Shown one piece after another: positions 37,621-47,841 of a stretch of 64,000 bases of DNA (positions are counted from its first letter, which is position 1; the number at the start of each line of letters is the position of its first letter). Below the pieces are notes generated by a model. The model saw only the letters and a program-made list of their open reading frames with translations. It had not been told where the DNA came from and searched no databases. The DNA is from an uncultured Pseudomonadota bacterium (GTDB lineage Bacteria > Babelota > Babeliae > Babelales > Vermiphilaceae), in contig CAZGZQ010000002.1 of assembly GCA_964529835.1 (NCBI GenBank), forward strand, positions 9,341 through 73,340, in the 5' to 3' direction. The translations under genes and the position numbers were made by a program.

Positions 37621-38493
37621 CTAATGATCTTCTTTATAAAGCAACATCATAATGGGACTTGCAATATAAACAGAAGAAAACGTACCAAAAATTACCCCAA
37701 CAAATAATGTAAATGCTAATGGAAACAACGCATCACCACCCAATAAAAGCATTACAGTAACCGGAATTAAGGTTGAAAGACTTGTCAAAATTGTTCTTCT
37801 TAAGGTAAAATTCAAACTTTCATTCACAATATCTTCTAAACGCCTACCTGCCGAGCGAGATATTGTGTCACGAATTTGAGAAAAAATAACTATCGTATCA
37901 TTAATCGAATACCCTATTACTAATAAAATCGCACCAATAACGTTTGAAGATATTTCTTGATTAAAAAACAAAAGCATTGCAAGCATAGCAAAAGCATCAT
38001 GAACAAGAGCAACAAAAGCCCCAACCGCATACGCATAAGACCAAAAACGAAATCCAATATAAGTCAACATAGCAAAAAGAGCAATAATTGTTGCTTTGAC
38101 TAAATTAGAGCGAAGCTCCTCCCCAACAGCAGGACCAACACTATCATTTTGTAAAACAAAAACATCTCCGAAGTTTTCTTTCAAAACAAGTGCCATTTGA
38201 TTGGCAACCCCGTCTACATTGTGAGCAAACTCTTTAACGCGAACCATAACTTCTTCTGGTCCAAAAGCACGCGCGTCAACATCTTGCCAACCAGCTTTGT
38301 TCAAAGCCATTTTAACCGCCTCTGCATTTGCCCCACACTTGAATAAGACGGCTGTCCCACCAGTGAAATCAACACTATAAGAAAAAACTCGTCCACTCTT
38401 ATTATAAAGAAACAGAGACCTTGCAATAAAAGCACCAAAAAAGATAAGCGTAAAAAGGCCGGTCAAAAATCGATACCTAAGAAATTGTATCAT
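37621..38493 (-). CDS. secF: Protein translocase subunit SecF
   Basis: It has VDFTGGT, a six-TM layout and YSINDTIVIFSQIRD. Confidence 0.9.
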   Translation of the reverse strand: MIQFLRYRFLTGLFTLIFFGAFIARSLFLYNKSGRVFSYSVDFTGGTAVLFKCGANAEAVKMALNKAGWQDVDARAFGPEEVMVRVKEFAHNVDGVANQMALVLKENFGDVFVLQNDSVGPAVGEELRSNLVKATIIALFAMLTYIGFRFWSYAYAVGAFVALVHDAFAMLAMLLFFNQEISSNVIGAILLVIGYSINDTIVIFSQIRDTISRSAGRRLEDIVNESLNFTLRRTILTSLSTLIPVTVMLLLGGDALFPLAFTLFVGVIFGTFSSVYIASPIMMLLYKEDH

Positions 38494-38548
38494 TTACTCT
38501 CCCATCTAGCTAATTAAAATAGACACGATACAAGGACACCAAAAAATG

Positions 38549-38806
38549 TTACTCGCCAGACACTATTGAAATATACCTTCGTCCTTTTGCACCATAGTGA
38601 AATGATAAACGACCTTCCTGCATCGCAAATAAAGTGTCATCTCCCCCTCGACCAACCCCTTGACCAGGATGAAAACGAGTACCTCTTTGACGAACAATAA
38701 TCTCACCACCGGTAACCATCTGCCCATCAAACAACTTAACGCCCAATCGTTTACTTATACTATCACGACCATTTTGTGTAGAACCACCAGATTTACTTGT
38801 TGCCAC
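38549..38806 (-). CDS. rpmA: 50S ribosomal protein L27
   Basis: It has [21 protein letters not shown] and RGTRFHPG. The start is GTG. Confidence 0.95.
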   Translation of the reverse strand: MATSKSGGSTQNGRDSISKRLGVKLFDGQMVTGGEIIVRQRGTRFHPGQGVGRGGDDTLFAMQEGRLSFHYGAKGRRYISIVSGE

Positions 38807-38940
38807 CTGAATTCCTTTTGAAAAATTTAAATTATCTGCAAAAATGTGAGAAAAGTTAAGAAAAGTCTATTTTTTAACTTCCCCAATCAGTATCAAGAGT
38901 TATAAAAAAAAGTCAAGAGCCCTTGATAAACTTTATTTTT

Positions 38941-41661
38941 CTATTGCGATACCTCCCACCAACTCATTCCTTCTTGAATATCAACTGTTAATGGAACAGT
39001 CCAATTTACAACATACTCAAGTGCATTTTTAATGCTTTTCTTGAATGAAAAATCACTGTTCATAGGTACTTGAACAATTACTTCATCATGTATTTGTAAA
39101 ATAAGTTGTCCTCCCAAACCACTAACTGCTTTATCAACGGCTTGCATTCCCAATTTTACGATATCAGCAGCACTCCCTTGCAAAACAGTATTAATAGCAA
39201 TTCGACAGGCCTCTTGAAACAAATACTGATTCTTTGCATTAATATGCTCAATAAAACGCCTTCTTCCCCATAAAGTCTCAACAAAACCCTTTTTTTGCGC
39301 ATATTCAATGACATCACTCATCCAAACACGAACCGATGGATAATGGTCAAAATACTTATCAATATACGTTTTTGCGTCGTGAACAGATATTCCTAACTCT
39401 TGAGATAACCCAAACGGTGTTTTCCCATACAAAATACTAAAATTAATCTTTTTACCAAATTGGCGTTGCTCATGAGTAATTTGATCAATAGAACAACCAA
39501 AAAGCCCCGATGCTGTTTGCGCATGAATATCATAGTTATTTAAAAATGCATAAAGAAGATTTTTGTCTTGGGAAACATGAGCAAGAACCCGTAACTCAAT
39601 TTGCGAATAATCACCAGAAATAAAGATATACCCCTTTTCAGGAATAAATGCTTTTCGAATCTCAAAACCAATTCCTACGGCAGGAATATTTTGCATATTA
39701 GGCTCTGACGAAGACAATCTTCCTGTCGCAACGGTTGTTTGATTAAAAGATGTATGAATTTTCTGAGTAATTGGATCAATAAATTTTAAAAGGCCTTCAA
39801 TATATGTTTGCTGCAACTTTATAAGCTCTCGATATTGCAGTAATAGTTTTGGCACAGGATGCACTGATGCCAATTTGGTAAGAACCTGTACATCAGTAGA
39901 AAAACCTGTTTTTTTTGCACTCTTTTTTTGAGGAGGCAACCCAAGTTTTACAAATAATAACTGCTCAATTTGGCGTGGAGAATTAAGATTAATATCTCCA
40001 ACCAAAAAACCACCTTGACTTGCAATTAAAGACTCTAACTCAGTAATTTTTTTGTTAACAACAATTCCCAATTCTTCTAATACCTTCGGTTGGACAATAA
40101 TTCCAACTTGCTCCATTTTTTTTAAAATAAGCATTATTGGTTGCTCGACTTCTTGGTAAAGATGCAATAAATTTTCTTTATTTAACTTTTCACACAACAA
40201 AAAATATAACCGATATGTTTGAAAAGCATCTGCCCCTGCATATGCAACTGCAAGATCGAGAGGAACTGCAGCAAATGAATCAACGCGTGCCTTTTGAATA
40301 ACATCATCAAACGTAAGCATTGATTCATTAAAAAAATAAATTGATAAAGCTTTTAATCCAACTTTTTCCCACTCAGGAAGTAATAAACGCGCCATAATCA
40401 TCGTATCATACAAAACTCCAGCAAGAGACAACCCATACCGCTCAAAAACAAGAATGTCATATTTTGCATTATGCATTATTTTTTTTATAGTCGGATCTTC
40501 AAGCATTTCTTTCAAGCAATCAAGAATTATTGATCGCTCAAGACAACTGTGATGATAGTCTGACGCACAAGGTATATAAAAAGATTGCGTATCAGTAAAT
40601 GCACATGAAATGCCAACAAGTTCAACATGGGTTGGATGACCCCTACCAGTTGTTTCTGTATCAATAGCACAGATCTTTCGTTCTTTAATGCTTTTAATAA
40701 GAACATCCAACTGTTCTTTTTTCGTAACCAAAGAAAAGTTCTTACTGTGCCAGTACTCAAACTTTTTATCGATTTCTTGATCCATAAAAACAGCATTGTT
40801 ATGTTGATCTGATTTGTCTAAAAGTGATTTAAATCCAAATCTTTTAAAAAATGATTGAGCGTTGTGATACTGATCATAATTAAATACATATATATTTGAA
40901 TCATACTCAATTGAAACATCTGATAATAAAAATAACTGATAACTTAAATAAACATTGTCCTTACTTTCGGTTAATAATTTTTGTATTTTTGTGCTGAGTA
41001 AAGAAATATTTTTATAAAGAATATCTAAAGATTCAAACTGGCAAACAAGGGTTGTTGCTGTTTTTTTACCAATTCCATGCGCACCAGGAATATTATCTGA
41101 CGCATCACCCAAAAGAGCATAAAACATAGGCAATCTTGATGGTTCAAAACCATATCGCTCCTTAAAAGCATTTTGATCAATATACTCATGCTTCACTGGA
41201 TCATATTGAATAATTTTATCAGAAATTATCTGTCCTATATCTTTGTCAGAACTAATGATAACAACATCAAAACCATCAGATTTTGCTTTTTTTGCAAGCG
41301 AGAACATAACATCATCAGCTTCAAAACCATTGATTCCAATCTGTGCAATACCCACTAAATTTGCAAATTCAATAATAAACTCTTTTTGCATAAATAAATC
41401 AGAAGGAGGAGCTTGACGTGTTGCTTTATATTGGGGAAAAATTTCATGACGCTTTGTTGTTCCAGGCATATCCCATACAAGAACAAGAAATTTCATCTGA
41501 TGATCGTCAATTAATTTTTTTATCATTCGACAAAAACCATACACAGCCTGAACAGGCAAACCATCCGATGTATGAAGTGGTTTGAGGGCATAATAGGCCC
41601 GATATAAAAAAGCAGACCCATCAATAATAAAAAATTTTTTTCTCAAATTTTGATCATTCAT
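38941..41661 (-). CDS. polA: DNA polymerase I (5' nuclease + 3'-5' exonuclease + polymerase domains)
   Basis: It has IIDGSAFLYRAYYA (5' nuclease), AIDTETTG (Exo I), DYSQIELRVLAH (motif A), RQFGKKINFSILYG (motif B) and QIHDEVIV (motif C). Confidence 0.95.
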   Translation of the reverse strand: MNDQNLRKKFFIIDGSAFLYRAYYALKPLHTSDGLPVQAVYGFCRMIKKLIDDHQMKFLVLVWDMPGTTKRHEIFPQYKATRQAPPSDLFMQKEFIIEFANLVGIAQIGINGFEADDVMFSLAKKAKSDGFDVVIISSDKDIGQIISDKIIQYDPVKHEYIDQNAFKERYGFEPSRLPMFYALLGDASDNIPGAHGIGKKTATTLVCQFESLDILYKNISLLSTKIQKLLTESKDNVYLSYQLFLLSDVSIEYDSNIYVFNYDQYHNAQSFFKRFGFKSLLDKSDQHNNAVFMDQEIDKKFEYWHSKNFSLVTKKEQLDVLIKSIKERKICAIDTETTGRGHPTHVELVGISCAFTDTQSFYIPCASDYHHSCLERSIILDCLKEMLEDPTIKKIMHNAKYDILVFERYGLSLAGVLYDTMIMARLLLPEWEKVGLKALSIYFFNESMLTFDDVIQKARVDSFAAVPLDLAVAYAGADAFQTYRLYFLLCEKLNKENLLHLYQEVEQPIMLILKKMEQVGIIVQPKVLEELGIVVNKKITELESLIASQGGFLVGDINLNSPRQIEQLLFVKLGLPPQKKSAKKTGFSTDVQVLTKLASVHPVPKLLLQYRELIKLQQTYIEGLLKFIDPITQKIHTSFNQTTVATGRLSSSEPNMQNIPAVGIGFEIRKAFIPEKGYIFISGDYSQIELRVLAHVSQDKNLLYAFLNNYDIHAQTASGLFGCSIDQITHEQRQFGKKINFSILYGKTPFGLSQELGISVHDAKTYIDKYFDHYPSVRVWMSDVIEYAQKKGFVETLWGRRRFIEHINAKNQYLFQEACRIAINTVLQGSAADIVKLGMQAVDKAVSGLGGQLILQIHDEVIVQVPMNSDFSFKKSIKNALEYVVNWTVPLTVDIQEGMSWWEVSQ

Positions 41662-41817
41662 ATAGCAACATTACGGTAAAAAAACAAACTTAATTAAATG
41701 TATACCATAAAATCTTTTTTATAAAAACCAAAAAAATCTATAGACAATTTCGATTATTGACTCGTAAGAATGAAAATTGATATCGTTTTTTTAAATCAGA
41801 CACAAAGGATTTGTAAT

Positions 41818-42741
41818 ATGAAAAAATTATTCTTACATTTTATATTTATATGTACAATTTATACAACAACAAAAGCAAAAGAACAGCTCACGCCTAAAAA
41901 CTGTATTATTGCATTTGACCTTGATGATACATTAATAAAATATGCTCCACTATATAAAATAAAAATTCTGGGATATGGACTTTCATTAAACCCATTTAAA
42001 TCACAAGCATCATGGAACTATATTAAAGCCCTTAATGCAATGCGCACATTAAAAAATAAAAAACCATCTGCAGGTAATCAAGATACCACATATCCAAAAC
42101 TTATTGGAGGTGCATTTTTACAATTAACATATGCAGGAATTCAAGAAAAAAATCTAAGGCCATATGTCAAAGGACTTATAGATCTTGTTTGGAAAAATGC
42201 AACATTTAAAGAAAGCATTCCTCAACTTCTTACATATCTTTATGAACAGGGATATGAGTTGTGGATAGCAACCAACAAAGACCATGTTTCATATACTGGA
42301 TTTCTTGACAACAATCAATGCTTTAAATTAGCCCCCCTTATTAAACATAGTTTTGTTGTTTGGCCAAAAAAAGAAACTTTAGAAAAATTATACACTTTTG
42401 AATCTCAAGAAAATTCTGAATTTCAACAACTTATTAATATGATTCCAACAATAAAAGAAACAACTTTTATACATCATTCACATGAACCAAAACCAAGTGA
42501 TCTTTATTATGAAAAAATGAAACAAATAGCCGAAGGAAAGAAAATTATTTTTTTTGATGATATAAATGAAAATATTGTAAAAGCAAAAAAAAATGGAATT
42601 TTGGGTTATCGCACTACCAACCCTAAAGACATAATCCAGCGACTAGAATCATTAAACATTTTAAGCCCAGAACGCGATCATCAATTTTATGAAGAATTAA
42701 AAAAAAGTACATTTTTTAAAAAAATTCTTTTTTGGGTCTAA
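41818..42741 (+). CDS. HAD-superfamily-like hydrolase with signal peptide (paralogue of 1375-2187)
   Basis: It has IIAFDLDDTLI (motif I), WIATNKD and IIFFDDINENI. The signal peptide is MKKLFLHFIFICTIYTTTKA. The track ORF starts at 41770. Confidence 0.55.
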   Translation: MKKLFLHFIFICTIYTTTKAKEQLTPKNCIIAFDLDDTLIKYAPLYKIKILGYGLSLNPFKSQASWNYIKALNAMRTLKNKKPSAGNQDTTYPKLIGGAFLQLTYAGIQEKNLRPYVKGLIDLVWKNATFKESIPQLLTYLYEQGYELWIATNKDHVSYTGFLDNNQCFKLAPLIKHSFVVWPKKETLEKLYTFESQENSEFQQLINMIPTIKETTFIHHSHEPKPSDLYYEKMKQIAEGKKIIFFDDINENIVKAKKNGILGYRTTNPKDIIQRLESLNILSPERDHQFYEELKKSTFFKKILFWV

Positions 42742-42818
42742 CTCATTAATTATTTCAAATCACACGATTATTGATGCGATTGTTTTTTTGTTTTAAACTA
42801 GAATAAAAAGACAATCGC

Positions 42819-43697
42819 ATGCTCTACGAAATTGTTTTCCTTCAATTACTCTTTGCGCTTGGCATTCCTCTTAACAAAGCACTATTGAGCTACTGTTCTT
42901 TTTTAACCCTTACTGTAATTCGACTCTTTGTTGCAAGCCTTGCATTATTGTCATGTCACTTTTTATTTTTTAAAGACAAGCCGCTTTATAATGGGCATCC
43001 ACTATTATTAGGAAAAAAAATAATCTTTGGTTCTTTTTTAAAATATATTTTAAAATACTGGGGATTTCAATTTATTAGTACTGTACATATGGCCTTTTTA
43101 TTACACACAACACCTTTATGGACAGGTCTTCTTGATTACCTCTGCTACAACACACGATTAAATCGTTATAATATTGCAGGAATACTCATTGGTTTTGTTG
43201 GATCGGTTCCGCTCGTTTTGAACAATACTTACGATTATTTTTCTGCTTCACTATTTTCCTTTCCGGCATGTGCAATAATGATTGCAGTTGCATCCCATAG
43301 CTATGGAATTTTGTGCACCAAAGAACTTGTCGCTATTCACAATTATTCTCCATTTGCCGTTGCAGGTATTGGATCATTTGGAGCGGCATTACTAGCATTG
43401 GTCTTTGCTCTTATAACAAACCACACATTTTATATTGCTGAACCAAAAAACTTCAGTCTTTTATTTTTTGGTCTCATTCTTATCAACAATATCATTGGAA
43501 AAAGTTGGCATACAAAATTATTACGCCATTATAATGCAACCTTTTTGGCATGCTCTGATTATCTTTATCCAATCATTGTAAGCATTGCAAGTTATATTGC
43601 AACAGGAGAAACACCAAACAAGCAACACCTGATCGCTTTCATAGCAACTATTATTGGATTATGGCTTTTTAGACTTACTCCTGTAAAAAAACAATAG
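42819..43697 (+). CDS. EamA/DMT-family transporter
   Basis: It is about 290 aa with ten hydrophobic helices arranged as two 5-TM halves. No other motif is present. Confidence 0.55.
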   Translation: MLYEIVFLQLLFALGIPLNKALLSYCSFLTLTVIRLFVASLALLSCHFLFFKDKPLYNGHPLLLGKKIIFGSFLKYILKYWGFQFISTVHMAFLLHTTPLWTGLLDYLCYNTRLNRYNIAGILIGFVGSVPLVLNNTYDYFSASLFSFPACAIMIAVASHSYGILCTKELVAIHNYSPFAVAGIGSFGAALLALVFALITNHTFYIAEPKNFSLLFFGLILINNIIGKSWHTKLLRHYNATFLACSDYLYPIIVSIASYIATGETPNKQHLIAFIATIIGLWLFRLTPVKKQ

Positions 43698-45365
43698 TTA
43701 CAAATAAAACGGAGATCCAACAATATATACTTTTCCATCAATTTCACAACGCTCAACCAACGCAACTGCCTCTTGGTTATTAAGAGTATAAGCTATCTTT
43801 GAAGGTCCTTGAGCTGTAGATTCAATCATATATTGCACAAACGGATTACCCTTTTGGTCTTTTAAAGATGAAAGATCTTTCCAAATTAAACGATAATTAT
43901 CACCCCAAACGTAACAAATACCATTCAAGTCTATGACAAAAATTTTTAAATCACCTCTAATAAAAGGTCCACCTACTTCTGAAAATGAACGAATCACGGA
44001 TCTAAAATCACCTGATTTTAAACTCGAAATTGCACTGTTTAAAAGAAGCAAAGCAGCATCTTGTTTTGAAATTGGAAAAAACGAGCAAGAAACAACATAT
44101 TTTTCAAGACCTAATGTTACCATTTCAACATACGTTGATTGAAAAGCATTATGCAATTTAGCATTTACCCAACCACCACCTTTTTGACCTAGTTCAATTA
44201 ATTCCTTGATATAAAACGTTCCATCTTGGTCTTTTTTATCCAAAACATTTGAACCAATCAATGACTCATTCCAACCATGAGCAACAATAGTTCCCTTTAA
44301 ATCATACACCACAATGTACAAATCACCGTATCGAAATGTATCAGAACTAAATGCTCTTACTGACGCATCTTTGCCATGTCCCTCCATATACTGAATTGCT
44401 TTTCCAACAAGAATTTCAGCCTGCTCTTGATTTGCTTCAGGATAATAACCACATGCGATAAAATATTTTTTACCTTCTTTGTCCATTACCCATTCGATAT
44501 ATGTTTCTTTAACAGCATTTTTTGAAATATATTTAGTCCAGATTGCTTTATCTTTCTCAAGAGCCTGAATTGCTTCCTTATTAATATAACGACCTGTTGC
44601 ATCTTGATAATCTAACATATTTGTTTCAGCTGCTAGTTCAGGTCGATCTGCATGAGCATAAACATTTCCCTCAAAATCAAGAGCATAGATATATAAATCT
44701 CCTAATGAGGCTTTTGACTTTCGAGGATAATTCATTGTACTAAATGGTTCAACAACAGGATAATTTTCTTCTAACACTAACTTGTTAAATAATGTTACTG
44801 CACCTTTTACCATTGAAACAGCAAAATCTTTTTTTGCATGAGGATAATACCCTGCACCAACAATAAAAGATTCGGAACCTTTTGAAACAAGCTGTACATA
44901 AGTGATTTTTATCGCATCGCGCCATGAATAAGTAACCCAACCGCCGCCATTTTGAGCAACACGAATTATTTCTTTAACATATGAAAAGCCAAATGCATCT
45001 TTTTCTTCTAATCGATCTGCAAATAAAAAATCTACTTGTTCACCATGAGCCAATAATCGTCCCTTCAAGTCAAACACAAAAAGGTACGTATCACCCAAAA
45101 CAAACTCTTTTTTGCGCGTAAACTTTAAGCAAGCATCAGAAAGCTCATGTTGACTTAAATATAATGAAGCTTTCTCAACCAATTCTTTAATCTCAGCTTC
45201 TTTTTTTTTCCTATTAAAACCATATTTAAATAACTTTTCACCTCGTTCAGCAGATTTTTGAGTTGCAAGCTCTGATCTTTTTGGTTGACGTAACCCTACT
45301 TGCGCAGCATAGCTTTGAGAACAAACAGTTATTAAAAAAAATAATAGTACGGTTAGATGCTTCAT
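43698..45365 (-). CDS. Secreted protein composed of four tandem single-Cache (sCache_2-like) domains, no output domain
   Basis: It has a signal peptide plus four ~130-aa repeats. Each carries GD(L/T)Y(I/L)xVxDLxGxxxAHG ... GGGWV(T/N) ... (A/C)GYYP. An example is GDTYLFVFDLKGRLLAHG..NGGGWVTYSW..VGAGYYP. Confidence 0.75.
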   Translation of the reverse strand: MKHLTVLLFFLITVCSQSYAAQVGLRQPKRSELATQKSAERGEKLFKYGFNRKKKEAEIKELVEKASLYLSQHELSDACLKFTRKKEFVLGDTYLFVFDLKGRLLAHGEQVDFLFADRLEEKDAFGFSYVKEIIRVAQNGGGWVTYSWRDAIKITYVQLVSKGSESFIVGAGYYPHAKKDFAVSMVKGAVTLFNKLVLEENYPVVEPFSTMNYPRKSKASLGDLYIYALDFEGNVYAHADRPELAAETNMLDYQDATGRYINKEAIQALEKDKAIWTKYISKNAVKETYIEWVMDKEGKKYFIACGYYPEANQEQAEILVGKAIQYMEGHGKDASVRAFSSDTFRYGDLYIVVYDLKGTIVAHGWNESLIGSNVLDKKDQDGTFYIKELIELGQKGGGWVNAKLHNAFQSTYVEMVTLGLEKYVVSCSFFPISKQDAALLLLNSAISSLKSGDFRSVIRSFSEVGGPFIRGDLKIFVIDLNGICYVWGDNYRLIWKDLSSLKDQKGNPFVQYMIESTAQGPSKIAYTLNNQEAVALVERCEIDGKVYIVGSPFYL

Positions 45366-45386
45366 TTCTAATCCTTATATGTCAAC

Positions 45387-46091
45387 TTATTCTCTTTTTT
45401 TTCCTAAAAATTGGAGCATGTATATGAATATATTTATAAAGTTAAGATACAATGTAAGTGCTCCAAGCAAAGCAACCTTACTATATGCTTGATGATCTGA
45501 TACTTGTGACAAAATATGCTTAATTCTTTGAACATCATACGCCGTTAACAAAGCAAAAATAAAAATTCCAATTGCAGCTACTGTTAACTCAAAAACAGGA
45601 TTGCTTGTAAAAATAGTAATAATATTTGCAACCACAAGACCTATCAATCCCATCAATAAAAAGGAACCCCAACTACTTAAATCAGAATTAGTTACATATC
45701 CATATAAGGCCATAATCCCAAACATTAAAGCTGCGGCACCAAAAGTTGTTGCAAGCGATGCTCCGGTATAAATAACAGCTAATGTTGAAAGACTTAACCC
45801 CGTTAAAGCAGAATACCCTATAAAACAACTTGCTGCTGCCGCAAACGACAATTGCTGAATCATTGAAGAGAGAGCTACTACAAGTCCAATTTGAATAAGA
45901 AAGACACCAAAAAAAATTGTTGGATTTTTGAATAAAAATGAAAGAATTGAGGGATTACTTACAACAAATAAAGCAACTGTTGCAGTGATTAATAAACCAA
46001 AAGCCATCCATCCATAAACACCAGCCAACGATGGTTCTTGAGCGTACATCATATGATCATTACCCATATAATACTTATTGTTGTAATTCAT
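45387..46091 (-). CDS. Bax inhibitor-1/YccA family membrane protein
   Basis: It has seven TM helices, GVYGWMAFGLLITA and the C-terminal LYLNFINIFIYMLQFLG. Confidence 0.8.
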   Translation of the reverse strand: MNYNNKYYMGNDHMMYAQEPSLAGVYGWMAFGLLITATVALFVVSNPSILSFLFKNPTIFFGVFLIQIGLVVALSSMIQQLSFAAAASCFIGYSALTGLSLSTLAVIYTGASLATTFGAAALMFGIMALYGYVTNSDLSSWGSFLLMGLIGLVVANIITIFTSNPVFELTVAAIGIFIFALLTAYDVQRIKHILSQVSDHQAYSKVALLGALTLYLNFINIFIYMLQFLGKKRE

Positions 46092-46266
46092 AAAAACCTC
46101 GACTTTCTCGGTATATTTTTAATTAATAACTACTTTATTTGATTATACTCTGAAAAATCAAGACAATCTACTCCCGTTATACATAAAGAATATTTAAACA
46201 AAGAATGGACTTATACTCATTTTTTGCTAAACTTAATTTAAATATGAAACTGAAAATGTAATAAAA

Positions 46267-46653
46267 ATGAAAAAATTTCTTTTTTTTGTACTGATTGTTT
46301 TAAGTTCTTTACAAGCACGGGATCAAAAAAACACACATTGTAAACACGACAAGCCTTTGTTACAAAAAATTATAAAACTTACGGCATTTAGCTTTTCAGT
46401 TGCTCATATAGCTCCTGTTATTGAAAAAATATATCCACACATTTATGGCACAATTGAACCATTCTTTAGTGGTAAAAATAATAATTTTACTCCTCAAGAG
46501 CTTGTAAAGTTGGTTAATGCCCAATCTATAAAAAAAACGTTCCTAGAAATGAAAAGTGGATTTATCAGGAATTCAATGAAAACACCAAAATATGCACTTC
46601 TTTTATTCTGTGGTAAACTTTTAACAAATTTTGGATTGAGATTTATTTTTTAA
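46267..46653 (+). CDS. Hypothetical secreted protein
   Basis: The signal peptide is MKKFLFFVLIVLSSLQA. No motif was recognised. Confidence 0.45.
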   Translation: MKKFLFFVLIVLSSLQARDQKNTHCKHDKPLLQKIIKLTAFSFSVAHIAPVIEKIYPHIYGTIEPFFSGKNNNFTPQELVKLVNAQSIKKTFLEMKSGFIRNSMKTPKYALLLFCGKLLTNFGLRFIF

Positions 46654-46795
46654 TAAAGATTGTTTTACAAATTAGTTTTTGTCGATATTTCCGTTTCTTT
46701 TGAAAGATACTTTTTCAGGTGTTGCAAATAATCAAATTTCATAGGCACACTAGTCATGATATCAATTATTTCAATCGCACAAAAGGGAGCTTTTC

Positions 46796-47389
46796 ATGGT
46801 TATTTTTTATATATTTATTGTACTGAACATTCCTCTCATACTTTTTTCGTATGGCACCGGAGAAAAAAATATTGGGCCTTCAAAAAAACATTCTGTTAAT
46901 TTTTATGGAACACTTGAAGTTCATCAAGGCAAAAAATTTGACGTAGAAAATATTTCAATTCAAGATTTATATCGTCAAATACCAACGTATGACTGCCCAA
47001 GTGAAGAGTATCTTGAAAAACCAATTGCCAATAAAGAAAGTGGCAAAATGGAAGTGCATCTCAAAGAAAATCCAGTTCATGATATGGCTGTTACAAAAAT
47101 TGATCTTGATGAAGTAGAAGAAATTTGTGTCGATCATGAACCATTATACGTTTTTGAGCAAGCGCAACATCGGCCAGCGTATTTTTATCGTGCAACAATT
47201 ATTTCCAAATCAAGCAAAACAAAGCACCATGCCTTAATTCCAGAACATGTAAAACTTGAATGTGATGAAATTGATGCAGCTGGACCTATCGAAAAATCTG
47301 TTCCTTTAAGCGCTGTTAAAAGCCTTAAAATAAAGGGGTTTTCTCAGCGAATAGATCAAGAAAAAACACAAGCACCCATAAAAAAATAA
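46796..47389 (+). CDS. Hypothetical membrane-anchored protein
   Basis: The N-terminal helix is VIFYIFIVLNIPLILF. An SD aaaggga lies upstream. No motif was recognised. Confidence 0.5.
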   Translation: MVIFYIFIVLNIPLILFSYGTGEKNIGPSKKHSVNFYGTLEVHQGKKFDVENISIQDLYRQIPTYDCPSEEYLEKPIANKESGKMEVHLKENPVHDMAVTKIDLDEVEEICVDHEPLYVFEQAQHRPAYFYRATIISKSSKTKHHALIPEHVKLECDEIDAAGPIEKSVPLSAVKSLKIKGFSQRIDQEKTQAPIKK

Positions 47390-47476
47390 CCGTGCCCAAA
47401 TATACCTCTCGTTTTTTTTATAATTTGCTATAAACTGCATTATACTTATACATTATATTTTTTAAAAGGAACTTTC

Positions 47477-47800
47477 ATGGCACATGCCATTACAAGAAAA
47501 AATTATGAACTAGAAATTCTTAATGCCGTGCATCCAGTAATCATTGATGTGTATGCTCCTTGGTGCGGACCTTGTCAATTTATGAAACCAATTTTTGAAC
47601 AATTAGAGAAAGAGTTCCAAACTCAAATAATTTTTGCAACACTCAATGTTGAAGAGGATAGAGAACTTTCTATTGAACTTGGTATAAGCTCAATTCCTGC
47701 TTTTCTTTTTTTTAATAACGGCATTCTTGTTGCAAAGGAAGTTGGATCAATGTCATATGAAGATTTTATTTTGAAAATAAAAAAGCATTTTCATATTTAA
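47477..47800 (+). CDS. trxA: Thioredoxin
   Basis: It has the WCGPC active site, is 107 aa and shows a thioredoxin-fold pattern. Confidence 0.9.
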   Translation: MAHAITRKNYELEILNAVHPVIIDVYAPWCGPCQFMKPIFEQLEKEFQTQIIFATLNVEEDRELSIELGISSIPAFLFFNNGILVAKEVGSMSYEDFILKIKKHFHI

Positions 47801-47831
47801 AAAGAGCGGAAAAAATTTTTTCCGCTCTTTT
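47800..47831. terminator. Bidirectional Rho-independent terminator between convergent genes
   Basis: The palindrome aaaagagcggaaaaaa/ttttttccgctctttt gives a GC-containing stem (gagcgg/ccgctc). T-runs flank it on both strands. Confidence 0.8.
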
Positions 47832-47841
47832 GATTGCTCTA

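Noticed and set aside
37621-38493. secF has no adjacent secD. The upstream gene is rpmA, which in turn lacks its usual rplU neighbour.
   Set aside because: Gene order is scrambled throughout this window. secD and rplU may simply lie elsewhere in the genome, which cannot be judged from 64 kb.
38903-38927. A small hairpin tcaag-agcc-cttga with an adjacent A8/T8 run lies after polA.
   Set aside because: The stem is only 5 bp, which is too weak to call a terminator with confidence.
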